Part shown: one piece after another, positions 60,091 through 64,000 of the stretch
How positions within the stretch are numbered: the stretch's first letter is position 1
How the letters are laid out: every line of letters begins with the position of its first letter
DNA from: Octopus bimaculoides
Taxonomy: Eukaryota
Assembly (NCBI RefSeq): GCF_001194135.2
Contig: NC_068995.1
Span: 35,727,235-35,791,234 of the forward strand
Direction: 5' to 3'
DNA: 64,000 bases
The notes under the pieces: model-generated
What the model was told of the DNA's origin: nothing
What the model saw: the letters and a program-made list of their open reading frames with translations, nothing else
The model's database searches: none
Program-made: the position numbers and the translations under genes

Positions 60091-63000
60091 CTATCCAGGT
60101 ATGTAGTTCTTGGATATAGTTAAATTAGAAGCTGTTGATAAATTTTCATCTGCTGACAGATTCCTCTTTGCAACTCCAGCATGAATTAATTCATCAGCAA
60201 TGTTCTTCTCTGGTATCTGATATGTGTCATAAAGGTCAATATACATGCGCCTGCACATTCTACAAGAAAGAAAAGGACAAAATCAATACAAAATTAATCA
60301 AAGAAAAGAGATATAGGAAGAAATACACTAGAATTATTATTGTTATATTTTAAAAGATAGATTCATTGACTTGGAATTCCTTTAATTCATGATTTATCTC
60401 TTCTTGGCTGGATCTGGATGGCTCATCACTCCATTATTATGTATCTGAGACACATTTCTGGAATATGATGCTAGACTATCAGTAATTTTGTTACCTAAAG
60501 ATTACATAAGTTGGAGCTCCACCAAATTACTATTTCAACCATTCAGTTACTTCTTATGAACATAAACTTATTCATGTGAATCTTCTAGTTTCCACAACCC
60601 ATTACTCGCTTTTCACTAAGAGAGGTGCAGGTTATGTCAAGTTAGGTAAGATCTGAACCACAAAATTCCAGCATTCACATTATTTACCAATGCTCTTGAC
60701 TTTTATAAGTTATTATTTATTGGTTTACATGCATTTCTCATGCTGTCTCTAACAGGAAGACAATGACCGATCTGGAAGGCCTACCACAAGCATCACCCCT
60801 GGAAATGTGGTACTGTGCATCAGGAATTTGTCTCCCAGAGCCAGACCATAAATCAAGAGTTCTACTGCAACGTTTTGAAGTATCTGAAGGAGGACATTTG
60901 GCAAAAGTAACCAGATCTGTGGAGCACTAAGAATTGGATTCTTCATAACGACAATGCACCCTAGCACCAAGTCTCCTCACACGTGAGTTTCTCGCCAAAA
61001 GCAACATGGTATCACTTCCACACCCACCCTATTCACCAGATTTAACACCTGCAGACTTCCATCTCTTCTCCAAGATGAAGATGCAGCTCAAAGGTCACCA
61101 TTTTAACACCACTGTCAAGATCTAGAGTGAATTGCAGAAGGTCCTTGACTCACTTACGGAAAACGACTTGGAGGCCAGATTCCAAAAGTGTCAGGAATAC
61201 AGGAACCAGTCTATTGCTGCACAAGGTGACTATTTCAAAGGAGATGATGTTAAAACTTAGGTAAATAAGTTAATTTTTATTAGACAAAACTAATCAGGGA
61301 ACGTTTTGATACCATCTCGTAAACTACAAGATAATACATAATTATTTTAAAACAATATAAATAAACAAACATTACATTTGAGAGAATAATTTGAATACTA
61401 AAGGGTTAAATCAACTCCCAGTGCTCAATTGATACTTATTTTATCAAACCCAGAAGGACAAAAGGCAAAGTCAGCCTTGGCAGAATTTGAACACCAAATG
61501 TAAAGATGGATGAAATGCCACAAAGCATTCTGTCTGGCATGTTAATGATTCTGCCTTAGCTATAATAGTCATATTGATAGTTATCAATTATATCACCATG
61601 CGAAGATTACTATCAACACATATCAAGTGATATCAACACAGAAATAGCATAAACAATAAAATGGGTATAACAGAAAAATCCCCAAGAGAGTAATCTTAAT
61701 ATCTTTAGCTAATGTTGTAATATGAAAGTCATTAATAAAGCAGCTAACTGGCAGAAATGACATTGGGGCTCATTTCTTGATGGGTTTTAGTTGAACAAAT
61801 TAACCCCAGTGCTTATGTTTTTTTTATGTCTGGTACTTAAAGAACATTGGTCTCCTTTGCTAAACCACTAAGTTACGAGGATGTAAACAAACCATCAATG
61901 AGTGTCAAGTAGTGGGGGGGGGGTGACAAACACAAACACACACACACATAAACATATACACACACACACAAACATATACACACACAATGGGCTTCTACAT
62001 AGTTTCCATCTAATAAATTTATTCACAAGACATCGGTCAGTCCAGAGCTAAAGTAAAAGACAATTGCTCAAGGTGCCACACAGAAGGACTGAACCACAAA
62101 GCACATGCCTGTAATGCAAGCTTCTTAATCGCACATCTATGCCTAATAAGAAATAATATAAATGATATTAAAAAAATGAGTTGCAACAAGACAAAAATGG
62201 TAATAGCATTTTTTTCAAGACTGTCATTATTAAATATTACAAATACAAAATACTGTAAATAAAATATTTACTTACATGGCTTTTATAGATGCAACTAATA
62301 CTTTATCATCAACCAATTCCAGAAAATAATCCCTGAAACAAAAAGGAATTAGAGGTATTTGTTTTCTTATCATCTTCAAAAGATAGCGGAAGAGAATATA
62401 ATATATCTCTAAAGAGGACAAATAGAATAGAATTAAGAGAGCTGATATGTACAGCTGATATGAAAAGTTTAGAGGAATGTATAGTTATTTGATAGGTTTC
62501 TATGAGAATGTACTATAGTTTTTCTACTCTTTACTCTTTTACTTGTTTCAGTCATTTGACTGCGGCCATGCTGGAGCGCCGCCTTTTTTAGCCAAGCAAA
62601 TCGACCCCTGGACATATTCATTGGAAGCCTAGTACTCATTCTATCGGGCTCTTTTGCCGAACCGCTAAGTTACAGGGACGTAAACACACCACCATCGGTT
62701 GTCAAGCGATGTTGAGGGACAAACACAGACACACAAACATATACATACACATACATATATATATATATATATACATATATACGACGGGCTTCTTTCAGTT
62801 TCCGTCTACCAAATCCACTCACAAGGCTGGGGTCGGCCTGAGGCTATAGTAGAAGACACTTGCCCAAGGTGCCATGCAGTGGGATTGAACCCGGAACCAT
62901 GTGGTTGGTAAGCAAGCTACTTACCACACAGCCACTCCTGCACCTATACAATATTTGGTGATATTTTCTTTCATATGTTGCAGTCTAGTAAATGAGACAC

Positions 63001-63279
63001 ACCTAGAGCAACTGCATATCATATACAGCAACAAAAACATCAATATGATAAATCTTTTTTTAATTTATTCAGCATAATATCAATAAATAAAGCAAGAAAC
63101 TGAAATCCCATTGGTGCTTACTTGGCTTCTTGGGTCCATAAACCATTATCAGAGGCTGAAACTATTCCATTAAGACAACATTCCACAGACTGGTGTGGAA
63201 GATGTGTAAACTGAGGGGCCAGTGACTGTATGTTACTCTCTGGAATCCACTGAACATTTCCAAAATCAATGAAGAATAC
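60091..63279 (-). CDS. 3' part of an extended-Tudor (Tudor + SN-like) domain gene. Exons 63279-63122, 62332-62276, 60259-60091: VFFIDFGNVQWIPESNIQSLAPQFTHLPHQSVECCLNGIV...WTQEAKDYFLELVDDKVLVASIKAIMCRRMYIDLYDT...NIADELIHAGVAK...NYIPG*
   Basis: Three GT-AG exons with matching phase 2. VFFIDFGN aromatic-cage motif, LP.Q..EC.L and W...A...F..LV extended-Tudor pattern. The gene continues beyond the window. Confidence 0.9.
60750..61320 (+). mobile_element. mariner (DD34D) 3' remnant in the last Tudor intron
   Basis: WILHNDNAP; LPHPPYSPDLTPADFHLFSKMK; AQGDYFKGD; ends ..ATACCATCTCG|TA. Confidence 0.88.
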
Positions 63280-64000
63280 CTGCAAAGAGCAAAAGATAAT
63301 GCATGACTTGGTGAGAGAAATTTTCTTTCTTGTAAATTCCTATAATGGTAGGATAGGTTGAAAGGTTCTACAGTTCTGCTTACTTAATGCTATATTTTCT
63401 GACACGTAAGTTGAAACTTTTAGACCAAAATTTACAGCTAAAAAAAAAAACAGGTACATCATCTTATACAACAAGATGTCTTTGGAGGACCAAAAATACT
63501 ATGTGAACTGAAGCAGAATTTGGAAAAGTAGTAATGATGTCTGAATGTTTACACTCTCTCTTTACTCTTTACTCTTTAACTTGTTTCAGTCATTTGACTG
63601 AGGCCATGCTGGAGCACCACCTTTAGTCGAGAAAATCGACCCCCAGGACTTATTCTTTGTAAGCCTAGTACTTATTCTATCGGTCTCTTTTTGCCGAACC
63701 GCTAAGTTATGGGGACGTGAACACACCAGCATCGGTTGTCAAGCGATGGTGGGGGGACAAACACAGACACACAAACACACATACACATNNNNNNNNNNNN
63801 NNNNNNNNNNNNNNNNNNNNNNNNNNNNNNNNNNNNNNNNNNNNNNNNNNNNNNNNNNNNNNNNNNNNNNNNNNNNNATATATATATATATATATACATA
63901 TATATACGACAGGCTTCTTTCAATTTCCGTCTTCCAAATGCACTCACAAGGCTTTGGTCGGCCCGAAGCTATAGTAGAAGACACTTACCCAAGGTGCCAC

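Overview
AT-rich, microsatellite-dense animal genomic DNA with many N gaps. The SINE and Penelope repeat content suggests a cephalopod, probably an Octopus draft assembly (inferred, not searched). Two spliced genes can be rebuilt by hand. (1) A + strand gene with 8 coding exons at 19410-51376 (all GT-AG, phases consistent, ~470 aa; the start exon was not found). It encodes a type-I membrane protein with one uromodulin/GP2/OIT3-type 10-cysteine D8C/D10C domain, an N-glycosylated Ser/Thr-rich stalk with an acidic Ser-Gly motif, one TM helix, and a 105-aa tail exon ending -DTIL. It has no ZP or EGF domain. (2) The last three coding exons (- strand, 63279-60091) of an extended-Tudor-domain gene, convergent with gene 1. 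The rest is mobile DNA: many Penelope-like element (PLE) fragments with long inverted repeats and hammerhead-like motifs, Dong/R4 and RTE LINE remnants, Tc1/mariner/pogo remnants, MITEs, a Helitron-like end, and four SINE families. Most long ORFs in the supplied track are artefacts of N gaps or microsatellites.
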